Positions 1 through 13,130 of a stretch of DNA of 64,000 nt are shown here, piece by piece. The position numbers were made by a program, and so were the translations under genes. The notes beneath the pieces were generated by a model. It saw only the letters and a list, made by a program, of their open reading frames with translations, did not search any database and was not told the DNA's origin. How positions within the stretch are numbered: the stretch's first letter is position 1; every line of letters starts with the position of its first letter. The stretch covers positions 22,502,723 to 22,566,722 of the forward strand of contig NC_068991.1 of assembly GCF_001194135.2 (NCBI RefSeq), in the 5' to 3' direction. Origin of the DNA: Octopus bimaculoides (lineage: Eukaryota).

Positions 1-229
1 CATACTAATATATACTTTTGTTATTTACACCACCTGTCCTCGTCTGTTGTTATTTTTTGTATATTCTCCTACACACACATATATATATATATATATATAT
101 TGTGTGCGTGTGTATATAGTCTTTTATATGTTTCAGCCTTGAGGCTGTGGACATACTGGGCTACTGCTAGTGTGTCTGTGTGTACACAAACACACACACA
201 CACAACTGCATGTGGATTGTTGGCAACTT

Positions 230-419
230 TTTTTTTTTTTCTATTTTTCCCCCGTTTTCCTTTTTTCTCGGACTTTCCTCTGTCTCCTGTTTCTGAAGAA
301 GTGCTTTGCTCAAAATGTAAAAACACCCTTTCTTTCCTTCCCTGAGTGTTTTTTAATACTTTGCATGTACCACGTCCTCATGTTAATTTTTTGTTGTGTG
401 TTTTTCTTCGTTTTTTGGG

Positions 420-420
<1 letters not shown>
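230..420 (+). mobile_element. Penelope-like terminal/retrozyme-type repeat relic with decayed hammerhead motif (290-322)
   Basis: TTT-CTGAAGA-A-GTGC-TTT-GCTC-AAAA-TGT-A-AAA. Reverting two CpG transitions gives CTGAAGA...GAAACGTA. Followed directly by (TA)n. Confidence 0.45.
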
Positions 421-498
<78 letters not shown>

Positions 499-512
499 TG
501 TGTGTGTGTGTG
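421..512. repeat. (TA)n then (TG)n microsatellite
   Basis: Directly visible. Confidence 0.98.
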
Positions 513-1557
513 TATACACGTCTATATCTGTTTGTTTACATGTGCTTGCTTATTCAGAAGCTACAAAGTTCAAGTGCTGTTGCTGCTGGCACTTTTGTTT
601 AATAACTTGTCTGCTTGCTTTGTACTATTGAATCTATATGGAATAAGAGATACTTTAATTGAAAAACAAGTATGGGTTAGCATCAGAACATTCAGCTATA
701 AAACAATGCTTCAATGACATATCATCTAATCCATTCTAACATGGGAAAATAGATGTAAAACAAATGTCTGAATGAACAGCATATATCAATATGAAACATA
801 AAAAGCATAGCATAAATCAGCATATAATTAACTGCATAGCACATACCAATGTATAACAGAATAACATATATTACGGAGTTGCCTATATCAACAGACCACA
901 AGATATATCAACCAAAATATAGCAGTACAACACATAACAGCACGAGATATATCAACATATAATAGCAAAAGATATGAACATATATCCTTACATCCACCAT
1001 ATTTGTGTGTATTTGTCTATAACACACATACACGTGTACGCGCGCACACACGGACACACACACGAACATATATGTTGGAAATGTCATGACTAAGAAAACT
1101 GTTTGCTTGCTATGATTCCTAATTTAAAATTGAAATGATCTGTAACACATATATGATCAGCCGTTACATGTAGCCTGTAATTAGAATCTGAATCTGGATC
1201 CATTGACAAATCTGGTGAGGACAGTTGTGGGGAAGGAGTGGTTCAGTACTGAAGTGATGGTGACAGTAATGGTAATTTTGGTTCAGGGAATTGTGTTGGT
1301 AGTGATGATAACGACAGTGGAAAATGATGATGGCAATGAGCCAGTGAAAGAGGCTCTTTGTGATTGCTGGAAGTAGCAGCCAAATCTCACTCAAATTGCT
1401 CCTTGTTGTCTTTAAAAACAAAAACAAAAACAAAATGAAGCACACATTGAATAATATAGTACCAGGATGGTTATAACTGGGTTGCATTTAATCATAGTTC
1501 AGATATAATTTTACATACATTAACTGATAATTGTGAATGTACAGTTGTCAGTTCAAA

Positions 1558-1750
1558 TAATAATCCCCTCTGCAATATGCACAAGGTCTGAAATCTGGGG
1601 GAAAGGGGCTAGTTGATCACATCACCCCTCTGTACTCTATTGGTACTTATTTTATTGACTCCTAAAGGATGAAAGGCAAAGTCAATCTTGGCAGAATTTG
1701 AACTCTGAACGTAGAGACAGATGAAATGCTGCTAAGCATTTTCACCCATG
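1558..1750 (+). mobile_element. ~200-bp (TAA)n-flanked interspersed repeat (core ggtacttattttattgac..aaaggatgaaaggcaaagtcaa..ggcagaatttgaactc)
   Basis: Same core recurs at ~14085-14300(+), 16440-16620(+), 20340-20540(+), 21570-21770(-), 22860-23000(-), 36783-38262(+, six copies), 56570-56690(+) and 63710-63895(-). Confidence 0.8.
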
Positions 1751-1964
1751 TAGCATTTAACATGAAGTGGTAGATTTCATCCATTACCTAAAGACCCAAA
1801 AATGGTGAAACCTGTACTTGTTTGTTTGTAATAAAAGTGAAGAATAATCCAGCCCTTAATTTGTATGTGTGTCTCTCTTTCTCCAATCCAAACTTCAAAG
1901 TGATTGATGATAGGAAACGCATTCGTCTATGAAAGTTTCATCAAAAATACAACATACACATTAT

Positions 1965-2345
1965 ATTTTACCTTTCACATGTTTTAGTCATTGGACTGCA
2001 GCCATGCTGAGGCACCAACTTGGAGGGTTCAGTCAAACAAATCAACCCCAGTACTTGTTTTTTTCTTTTTAAGTCTGGTACTTATTCTAGCACTCTTTTT
2101 GCCAAACTGCTGAGCTATGAGGATGTAAACAAACCAGCACTGGTTGTGAAGCAGTGGTAAGGAACAAAGACACATGCACACACACACATATATAATAGGC
2201 TTTGAGTTTCTGTTAACCAAGTCCATTCTCAAGGCTTTGGTTAACCTTGGGCTATAGTAGAAGACACTTGCTCAACACGGTGGGACTGAACCCAGAATCA
2301 TGTGGTTGGGAAGCAAACATCTTACCACCCAGCTACACTTGCACC
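1965..2345 (-). mobile_element. tRNA-headed CORE-like SINE, family A (OR1/OR2-like)
   Basis: Reverse complement carries the head ggtaagatgtttgcttcccaaccacatgattctgggttcagtcccac, core gcaagtgtcttctactatagccc and tail ..gcagtccaatgactaaaac. Other copies or fragments at ~7470-7745(-), 16675-16955, 24385-24505, 26455-26775, 38370-38780, 45600-45995 and 51722-52115(+). Confidence 0.8.
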
Positions 2346-2635
2346 AGTATTTTTTTATTTATTGCCTGACAAATAGTGACAAATAGTAAGCCCCAGTCAA
2401 CTTATGCCAGTGTGGAGTCAGAAGATAGATAATGGTTGTAAAATGATGATAATGGTTATGATGCTGAGAATAATGAGCAGCACAATACATAGCAACACAT
2501 AAATTGAAAAACAAATCTATCAACATCCATCAACAATATATACTTTCAACATACAACAGTGCAGCATATATCACAAGAACACAACATATATCAACATCCA
2601 TCTTTCTGGAGGCCAACATTCTTCTTATTTCTTAT

Positions 2636-3390
2636 TACTTCTTTCCTTTTCTCCTCTTCTCCCTTCCCCCTCCTTCCTTCCTTCCTCCCTTCCTTCCTTC
2701 CTTCCTTCCTTCCTCCCTTCCTTCCTCTTCATTCATTCCTTCCTTCCTCTTCATTNNNNNNNNNNNNNNNNNNNNNNNNNNNNNNNNNNNNNNNNNNNNN
2801 NNNNNNNNNNNNNNNNNNNNNNNNNNNNNNNNNNNNNNNNNNNNNNNNNNNNNNNNNNNNNNNNNNNNNNNNNNNNNNNNNNNNNNNNNNNNNNNNNNNN
2901 NNNNNNNNNNNNNNNNNNNNNNNNNNNNNNTCCACTTTCTTCTTCCCTTCCTTTCTCCCTCCCTTCCTTCCTTCCTTCCTTCCTTCCTCCCTTCCTTCCT
3001 CCCTTCCTTCCTCTTCATTCATTCCTTCCTTCCTCTTCATTCCTTCCTCTTCCTTCCTTCCTCTTCATTCCTTCCTCTTCATTCCTTCCTCTTCATTCCT
3101 TCCTTCCTCTTCATTCCTTCCTTCCTCTTCATTCCTTCCTTCCTCTTCATTCCTTCCTTCCTCTTCATTCCTTTCCCCTTCCTCTTCTTCCTTCCTCCAC
3201 TTCCTCCTTCCCCCACTTTCTCCTTTTTTCTTTCCTTCTTCCTCTTTCGTCCTCTTCCTTCTTCCTCTTTCGTCCTTTTTCCTTCCTCTTTCGTCCTCTT
3301 CCTTCCTCTTCCTTCTTCCTTCTTCCTCTTCCTCCTTTTTCCTTCTTCCTCCTTTCTACCTCCCCCTACTCCTTATTTCTTCTTCTCTCC
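2636..3390. repeat. (TTCC)n/(TTCCTCTTCA)-type pyrimidine low-complexity tract containing gap 2756-2930
   Basis: Directly visible. Confidence 0.95.
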
Positions 3391-6300
3391 TAGCAAGCAT
3401 CTTCACCATCAGCTACATGGCAGATCTTTCTTTCATCCAATATTCATTACATGTCCATCAAAATATATAATCCTCTTTCTGCATGCATTCTTTTCTCAAG
3501 TTTCTCGCTTGCATTTCCTCAACTTCCTCTAACTTGACGTTGCATATTCAGCTGAACACACACAAATCATTCCATTCCAAATGCTATAGATCTAAAATGT
3601 GGATAAATCTGTGTGTATGTGTGTATACATCAAGTTTTTATGTAGAGATAGAAGCATATGTGTATGCATATACATCTTTGTTTTATTGTCATCCATTCTC
3701 TTTACAAACTTAGTGTATTTTAGGCTGCATTATCATGCCCTTCCCCTTTTAAGACTAGAGTATAATATAAGAAATATTTAGCTGCTATTGCTAATGTGTT
3801 GAATGACTAAGGGACTCTCTAGAAACTTTGTTATTTTTGTTTATCCTTAAGCTACGATGACTTACAAAGATCTTTGATCAAAGACATTTTAATGATGATC
3901 ATCCCAATGTTTTTATGGGTATCTAGTTCTACGTTACCCAATGTGACCTTCCCTTTTTCCTTTTTGAATGGTAGAGTGTGGAGGAAAAGAACTTTGGTTG
4001 TTATTTCTGGAGGGTTAAATGACTGTGAGGGCTTTTTCATTGATTTTTAAGACACTCTTTATTTATCACCAGAGGTATTTTTTCCAAAACTTCTTTCACT
4101 ATTACTTGACCCTAATCTTTGTACTTTTAATAGTTCTATCTCTCCATTACAAATTGTATCACCTGAAGTAGTAAGCAAATTTTTGAATTACATCCGATCT
4201 TATAAAGAGAGGGACGCCTTAAATAATCTAGTTTTAGATGCACAATACTCAAGATGAGATGGTCATAGTTGGAACATTTTAATCTTAGGTCTGCTCATGG
4301 CTAGCTAAAACTTAAACAACAGCTAGCCTTCTCTATTGTTATGGTCCACTCAATTGTGCATGTATTAACAGGTACACATGCTTATACGTGCCTACACATT
4401 AAATGGACAAACATCTACACATGCACAAATACATTAAATGAATATAGACAAACATCTACATATGCACCTACATATATGTGCACACACACACACACACACA
4501 CAAAATAGATGTTCATGCATACACTTGTATTTCTGGATGTATATTTATATCCTTATGCACATATGCATGCAATACATGCAAGCATACAGATGTACGTGTC
4601 AGTAATCATATACATTCATGCAGTCATAAATATGCACATGCATACACATGTACTTAAACACAGATACACTGATATGTGTGTGTTCATCTACATATTTATG
4701 CATTGAAGCATGCCATGTGCATAAACATGTCTACACATATATTGATATGCATATTTTCACATGCATATACACGTGCACATACTTACACATTCTCATCTGC
4801 ACACCTGTATACATAATTGTGCAATTTTAATGTATTTATACAGTGTGCAAAGTAGCAGCTGTCAGCCATGGAGGAGGCTCGATTGTTGTGATGGTCAGCT
4901 AGCAATTGTATTTATTTTTAGTCTGAACAACTGGATTCCAACTGAAATGTCAAAGTTAATAACTGATCATTTGTGGAATGGCAGAGCGACTGGCAATTTA
5001 ATATAGCAAACAGTAAATGTCTCCCAATAAGGAAGAGGAATAGGAGTTTTGTAAAGGCTAGTTGTAAGCTTTGGAGATGGATGAAATGTTGTTGTTGGTT
5101 AGTCACAGGTCATTCTTGATTGAGCTGGCCTATAATCAATGACATTCCAGATGTGGCTATCCTATCTGTTAGTTATGTAGAACTACATATGTCCTTCCTA
5201 TTTTAAGATGGCTTTGTGTGATTCAAGGGAGGTTTAACTGTTGTTACTAGCATTTGTATGGAGGCTTTTTTCTTAGTTTGAGTTTTGAGAGTTTTCTGGT
5301 ATCACAGAGTGACTAAGAGATAAATAATTTTTCTCCACCGGGAAGGGTGCTATTTGCTAACTCAGGACTTCTTAATCCTTTCAACAACCCACAAGTGGCT
5401 GCCAACACTGGATTTGAACTTAAGGTGCATGAGCTGAAACCTTCATATTAAACACTGGATTTGAACTTAAGGTGCATGAGCTGAAGCATATTAATGACTT
5501 GCTATTTATAGTTTTAGATAGTTGGCAAGGAAAGGTCAGATATTATCTTTACTTCTGTTACATTTTCTTTCACTTTTTATCTGTAGAAATCTGTTTTTCT
5601 GTATCTTGACAGAATATGGTTTTGTATTGTCTGAATTCAGTTAGTTTATATTAGATTTGAAGAGAAGTTTTTATGGCTGTGTTAATGGATTTTGTCCCGA
5701 GTCTAGAAGCCTGTGGATTAGCTTGTCTGTATGGGTACTTTGAAATTAATGCTGATATGTTACATAAAGGCAATGTCAGTTTTCAAGGAATTAGTGTAAT
5801 CAATTGAATCAACCCGAGTGTAATGTCTGGTTGTGACTTTTATCAACCACAGGGGTTTGGAAGATAGTCTGGTTGAAATTTGAACTTAAAAACATAACTG
5901 TAGATATGATTAAATTGTCATTAAATATCCTGATGAAATGGTAAATATTTTCACTGTTCTTGTGGTTTCCCTTATTTATGTTCAGTGTTACAATTGAGTT
6001 GAAGCGACAAAATGGCTGCAACTTGAGTACACTAGAGATTTGAGTCTCAGGCTCAGGATTGGTAGACCAATTTGCATTTCATTCAGAATATAGTTTCACA
6101 TTGAAGCTGCTACTCTATTGGAACCAACAGTAAATGTTTGAACTTGGTACAAGGGTTTATTTCATTAAGATGGGTCATATATCTGTAATTAATCACATTG
6201 AATTGATGGGACAACCCCTTTTTGTTACATAGAACAGTAGTCTGTTTGTTATAAGCAACATTGCCAAAAGCTCTTTCCTTTAACACCAGCCTGAAGCACT

Positions 6301-6847
6301 TGATGTGAGGTCTTGGATAATTTGAGCATTCTATGTTAAAAAAAGCACAAATTTCTAAGACTGGTAGCAGATTTGATCATCTATGAAATTGATTGCCTTG
6401 CTAATAATAACAGTCAAATCTTCTTCAAATCACACTGCCATCTTCAAAAGTCACAACTAGGATATATTGAATAATGTAATCCACTTAGATACACAATGTC
6501 AGGGGGAAAAAAACAAAACAAAACATTGGAATCCTGGTTGGGACATCTTTCAGGGCTGAATTGGGGCTAAACAACATCCCTAAGTGATGTCCAGGGAATG
6601 GGGAGAAAATGACAACTAGGTGAATATATAACTCTTGTTTCTGTTTTTCACCATACACACACATGCATGCATGCACACAAACACAAGTACATTTGCATGC
6701 ATGCATGCACATTCTCATACACATTTGCAGACACAGTGATGCATGCACACATATACAAACATTCAGTCATACATGTACACATATGCTCACATTCATGCTG
6801 GCACACACTTATTCACATGTGCACATATTCACGCAAACTCAAATTCA

Positions 6848-6884
6848 CACGCACACACACACACGCACACGCACACGCACACGC

Positions 6885-6946
<62 letters not shown>
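6848..6946. repeat. (CACACG)n/(CA)n microsatellite
   Basis: Directly visible. Confidence 0.97.
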
Positions 6947-6951
<5 letters not shown>

Positions 6952-9900
6952 TGTCTTTTTTTCCTCATTTTCTTTTTCCTAGAGAAGCTCTAAGCACTTT
7001 TTCCTTGTCTCTAAATATAGAAATATTGTTGTTTAGTGAGCTGCATCTTAATTTTTTCCTCCTTTTCCTCTTTTCTTCTTTCAAACCAAATAATACAGTT
7101 AAAAATAGTATTTGTATTTTATTGTTTTGCTTTCATCCATCTGTTAAAATGTATTAACAAGCCAATGAAAAACAACCTAACATGGTCATGAGGTCTGCCA
7201 GAAGCAGCAGCCAAATCTTTCTCAATCACAAAAGGATAATGCAGTTTTCTATTATTCTAAGATGGCAAAAAACAAAACAAAAAAACAAAACCAGAAAAAG
7301 GTCTGAACTAGAAAACTTTTGGTTATAGATCAAATAAGGCACAAAACAAGATGCTTGTAAGCCAACAAACGAATGTCCTTATCATTGCTTTATTGTCACT
7401 TTTCCTTCCATGCTCACATGGGTCAAACAGAATGAAGCACATTTTCTACAGTTGCCAACCCTCACCTGTCTCCAAATAAGGTGATGTTTTCCTACGACCA
7501 GACATGTTTACAACTATCACACAGTCAATATCAAGGCAAGGAAACTAGTTCACAAGCACACACACACACACACATACACACACTCATATGATGGAGCTTC
7601 TTTCAGTTTCCATCTACCAAATCTACTCACAAGTCTTTGGTAAGCCTGAGGCTATAGTTGAAGCTACTCGCTCAAGGTGCAATGCAGTGGGACTGAACCC
7701 AGGACCATATAGTCAGGAAGCAAACTTACCACACACCTTCAGCTGTGCCTCTATGTCTGCTTGGTTGTTTGCTCTGCCTGAAATAGTTGCCATAATCTCT
7801 CTCAAATTGCACCTTGCCACCTACAGAAATGAAGTTATCTTCAAGGTGTGTAATGCTTGAAAAGAAAAGAGATGGCATTATCAAGGTTGGGAAGCCTCTG
7901 ATACGAGGTCTGTTCTATCTAGGCTGACATAGAGCTAAACAGCAACTACAACAACAATGTGTGGATGGGTGACAAAAGCTGTTTATCAAGTAACTGATAT
8001 CCTGGATACATTAACCTCTACAACTGTTGTCAAGGGCAGTGTGGCTTATAAAGACATCACAGCTTGAAATAGTGATGGACAGATATAGATTCTCTTGCTG
8101 TTCAATTCTTTCTTGTTGCAGTTTGAACAGCTTCCATTGTGCTTTGTGAATGTGTGTGCATGTGTGTGTGTGTTGTCTACATTGAGTGTAGATGTAAATG
8201 TGGGTGAGTAAATGTTTGTGTGTGTGGACATGGGCTGCATGTGTATGTAAGTGCATGGATATGTATATGGATGCATTATATGTGGTTGTGTATGAGTGTA
8301 TGTCAATATGTGGTTGTGGATGTCATGCATGTGTATATGTGGGTGCACATATATATATGCAGATGCGATAAAAGGTTATCATACTGACAGAACATTGGTG
8401 ATGGTATATGAAGCAATATGGCATTTATAATACAGATTGAGTGAACAAACAATTTGTAGCTTTTTATAATCAAATCTACCACTGGTCACTTTATTCTACA
8501 TGCCCCAGTTTAGCTTAGTGCTGAAAATAAGTATCAGATTACCAATAAATCTTGTCTGCAATAGATTTGGTCTTCCTTTCTAGTTGGAAATGTATCCCAC
8601 TTCATGCTGTGAAACACAAGCTAAGTGCGAAGACTTCCAGAATTTAGACTTCCACATTTTTATTGATATATGCATTCTCTGAATGTAGATTTTTATTGAT
8701 ATATACTCTCTGAAATTCATATATGTGCTCACTCTCATATGTGAGTGTGCGCACACACACATACACTGTCTTATAGACGTACACCTATGATTATTGCTTA
8801 TTGAGGTACAAGTATTGTTGCAAAGGAGGAGTATAGACAACCAAATCAACTTTAATAACACACAAAACAAGACTAATAATTATGTAAAAGCAACTGTAGA
8901 TGTTTATGGACGTTTCTTACTATGAGTCTGTCGTTGTATCCCAAGCAGTTTGACTTACTAGAATTGTGTCTTCTGCCTTCTCCAGGTAAGCAAGAGCCCT
9001 ATGGTTTTTAGGGCTAGAGGAAAGCAACATGTAGAACTAGGGAGAGATTGAGATGCTTGAACCTTTACTTTGAGTATTTATCTGTTTAAAGTAAAATAGC
9101 TACAAACAGAAACCAAAACCTTTTAACTCCATGTGCATATGAAAAAAAACCTCTATGCATTCACTTGACCAGCTAGAAGCAACAGTCAAATCTCTCTTCA
9201 AATCACACCTTACCACCTTCAAAAAAGCAAAAATGTTGGATAATACAATCATAAATACACTATGCCTTGGAGTAATACAAGATGGTCACAGTTCAAATGT
9301 CTGTTAGATCAGTGAAACCTCTCTGCAGTTGCCTAGACTAGTTAGCACAGTCTGAGCTCAGAATCTCTGCTCAAATCACTCTCTGCTGTCTTACAAAAAT
9401 AAATAAAACAAAACAAAAGTTATATTTCTATATTTTGGAGTTATAATCCCTTCTTCAGGACATTTGGAAAAGTGAGGGATGGAAAAGTAGTTGCTTAAAT
9501 ATATAAATAACTAAAATACAAGGTATGCTGTATTCCTAGGTAGTCACAGACTAAAAAAAAATTATGATCATGTGTTTGATATGTTTTGGTCACAGCTCTG
9601 CTTGATCAAGTCTGACAAGGGCTAAGCAATAATTTTTAGCTACACACACACACACCACACACACACACATACGCACACATACACCTACGCACATTTGCAT
9701 GCATTATATACGGGTAGTGACGAGGATATTTTAAAAATATAATGTTTGACTTAGGGTGGGGGTGGAGAAAGGGGCACAAAATTCTTTTCATACTTTTGTT
9801 TTACATTTTTTTGCCAAAATTTTAAATTTACATTTCTTTCCTCTATTTTCACTCCCAATTTAAATAGTTATCTGATGCTTAGTATATTTTGATATACTAC

Positions 9901-9965
9901 TAGCAAATTCATCTGTCATATTCTAAATGTTTTGACCCACATTCCTAAAAGAAATATCTTTAGAC

Positions 9966-10006
<41 letters not shown>

Positions 10007-12849
10007 TATGTATAAACATTACACATACTCAAACATGCATGTTCATATACATAGATATATATTCACACTCCTGCACTTACATGCACATCAATAGAGTATA
10101 AGTGTAAAGATATAAGTGTGTGTGTGTGTGTGTGTGTGTCTGTCATTTTTCATCATATATATATAGATAGATAGATAGATAGGTGTGTATTCATATAGAC
10201 AAATGTATACAGACAACTGAAATGTATATGGGAAATGTAATTAATATGGGTAAGAAGGGAAAAGAAAAGTGGAGTTTTATAAATAAATGATCTATTGGAA
10301 GAACAGAAACAAACAAATCAAAAGAGGAAAAAAAGGAAAATGAAAGCAACTACATGTAGAGCTTATTCAATGCTTTCATTGGTCTTTTCTTTTCATTTAC
10401 AGATCTCACTCCTACACCTTCTCCCTCTCTCCCCTCCGTACACAGATGTTCTCCTCCAGGCCATTAAGAAAAATCCTCAGTTGAGCTTCGTCTTATTCAT
10501 TATACTACTGTTACCATTCCATTTCTCTGTTTCTCAGTTAATTTAGCATGCTATTCAGAAAATACCAACTTTATTCCTAGCTACATTGTGTATTTTTTTT
10601 TCCTCTTATTTCTTTGTCCTTGTTTTTGTTGTAGTAGCATGTGTGGTAATGATGATTGTGGTGGTGGTGGCATTAACTGGTAATGTAGCTGGTTTTAGTG
10701 AAGGTAATGGGGACAATGATGGTATCTGTGGCAATAATTGTTGTTGCGGTGATGATAAAGGAGATGATGATGGCAATGTCAGTTGTGTTGATGACTTTTT
10801 AAGCAGAGTAATCATGTTCAAGATTAGATTTAACCCTTTCACTTGTACAGCTAATTGTGCCTCTATATAATGGCTATTATTGTTGCTTAAAACGATTCTA
10901 ATGTCAAGCCAATAATGGCGCATGCATGCAGTATTTCAGCCTGCTAGAAATAGCACCCAACTCTGGCTTGTATTACACTTTAGCATCTAAATGAAGGAAG
11001 CACACGTTTGATTATATAGTCCTAGATCGTCATCATTATCATTGTTTTATGGTCACCTTTCCATGCTGGCAGGAGCTGGATGTGTTTCCTGAGGCAGTGT
11101 TTTATGATTCGATGCCTTTCCTGTTGCCAACTTTTTAGTCGCCTTTTACAACATGCAGAGGTATTCACTGTTTGGGAGAGGAAAGAAAAGATGAAGTTGT
11201 CATGGCTGGAACATTTTTGGTCATAGGTCTGCTAGATTGTGGTTTACCAGGGAGCAAAACGACATCAGCAACTATTCTAATATAAGCTTGAGATGGAACT
11301 CCTAGTTGAGGTAAGTGGAGATGATTAAAAAAAATCATCCACAGTAGTAGAAGAATTAAGTGGGTGAATGTGATATCTGAGAGGGAAATATCTTAACTGT
11401 GTTAGTGATTGATAGCTTAAGAGCCTACAAACAGGTTACTTTGAATATTGCAAGCTATAATGTGCATAGTCTCTCCCAGAAGAGATTTACTTTTTATTCA
11501 GTTTTCCATCAACACAGGTATGACTGTATTAAGTGGTACCAAGTTTGATCCCACTGTAGCACATTGTGCAAGTGTCTTCTACCATACCCTTGAATTGACC
11601 AGTACTTTGTGACCAAACTTGGTTGACTGAAACTGTGGAGTTCTGCCATGTGTGTGTGTTATAAGCTACTAAAATTACAACCATCATTCACAAACAAGTT
11701 TGGCTTGGCAGCATGTGTTAGGTTTTTACTTATTGTTTTAGGTACTCGTGTAGCTGTGAGATGGTATAGATACTCTCTCAATCCTCCCACTCTTGATTGA
11801 GTGGAATATCAAGTAAGTCACAGCTCAAAGGAGAGAATGGTCTGCATCAGCCTAAGGGTGGGCTGGTAGTCATTTTGTAAGCTGAGTGTACTGGAGCAAC
11901 ATGAAATATACAGTGCCTTGTTCAGAGATCATGTAGAGTTACACACACATACACACACTGTTTATGTGTGTGTGTGTGTGTAAATACCTACACACATCTG
12001 CTCATGTACCTACAAAGATATAATCATTGGCAAGAAAACTGAAGAACCAGTGCCTGAATTATAAAATCCCTTAAGGTATTTGTTTTGCATTGAGTCCCAG
12101 TCCATTCTTTTTCAGTCAGAAATGCAGTGAACCAGTGATTGGGCTATTGGAAACCTGTAACCAATGGTCATTTCATTCACAGATTGCAAACTAAAACTAA
12201 GCATCAGTTTTCAAAAGTTCTCCCAAAGCCTAGAAGTCATTTAGAATGCATTTATCTAACTTGTATCTTGTTGAGGCTCAACCCAGTTGAGCAGTCCTTA
12301 CAGTGTGTGTGTGTGTGTGTATGATCGCTATTAAGATCATCAAATATTGTAAAACCTAGCATAGGTGGTGTTGTTTATACCCCTGGTTGAGCAAATTTAT
12401 GATTATAGACATTTTAGTCATACCACCCCTTGTCTCTTCATTTAGGATTGTTAGCATAATTTAATGTTCTTTCTAAGGGGTATAATTTGAGAGATTTGGT
12501 TGCTATTTTATAGTTGTAATTGCAGGAGATATTTGTCACCATAAATTGATGATAAGGTTGTTAAGCTCTGGAAAAACAGAAGAGTTTGAGTGTTAATGCT
12601 TTTACTAAAGAAGAAATAATATTCCTTGTCAGAGAGTCCAGCATAAAATGTCAATACCATTCTTCATCTCATATCATGCCATATATTTCTCATTTGTTTC
12701 TATTTCCTAGTTTAATTCATGCCATCTGCTCATCTATTTACCATCTTTTTTGGCTAATGAGAAAGTCCGTACAAGGTTTCCCATCCTGCCAGAAATAGCA
12801 GCCAAATTTCCAGCTCATCACACCCTCTCTAGTCTGTCTTGAACCTGTT

Positions 12850-13130
12850 GGTTCTCGAGGCCAGAGCTTATCTGGATTTTCAAGGTATTCATTACTGATA
12901 GTGCGAGACACCTCACCTCAAATTGGGATACCAGTCTGTTGCAAGATTATCTCCCCCTCTTCCCATTGGTACCACTGGTACTCATTTCCAGCTGAGAGTA
13001 CTGGAACACCATAAAATGAAGTGCTTTACTCAAGGACAAACTTTACCACCCAATCTGAAAATCAAACCCCTTATCTAAAAATCATGAGGCCAGCCCTCTA
13101 TTCACTAGGCTATGTATTTTCACAAACCAC
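12850..13130 (-). mobile_element. degenerate tRNA-headed CORE-like SINE (distinct tail)
   Basis: ggtactcatttccagctgag..tactggaacaccataaaatgaagtgctttactcaaggaca matches the shared core seen in the other SINE families. Decayed head at the right end. Confidence 0.55.

Noticed and set aside
5404-5485. Repeat-spacer-repeat pattern superficially like CRISPR
   Set aside because: Only two repeats, a 12-nt spacer, eukaryotic context and no cas genes.
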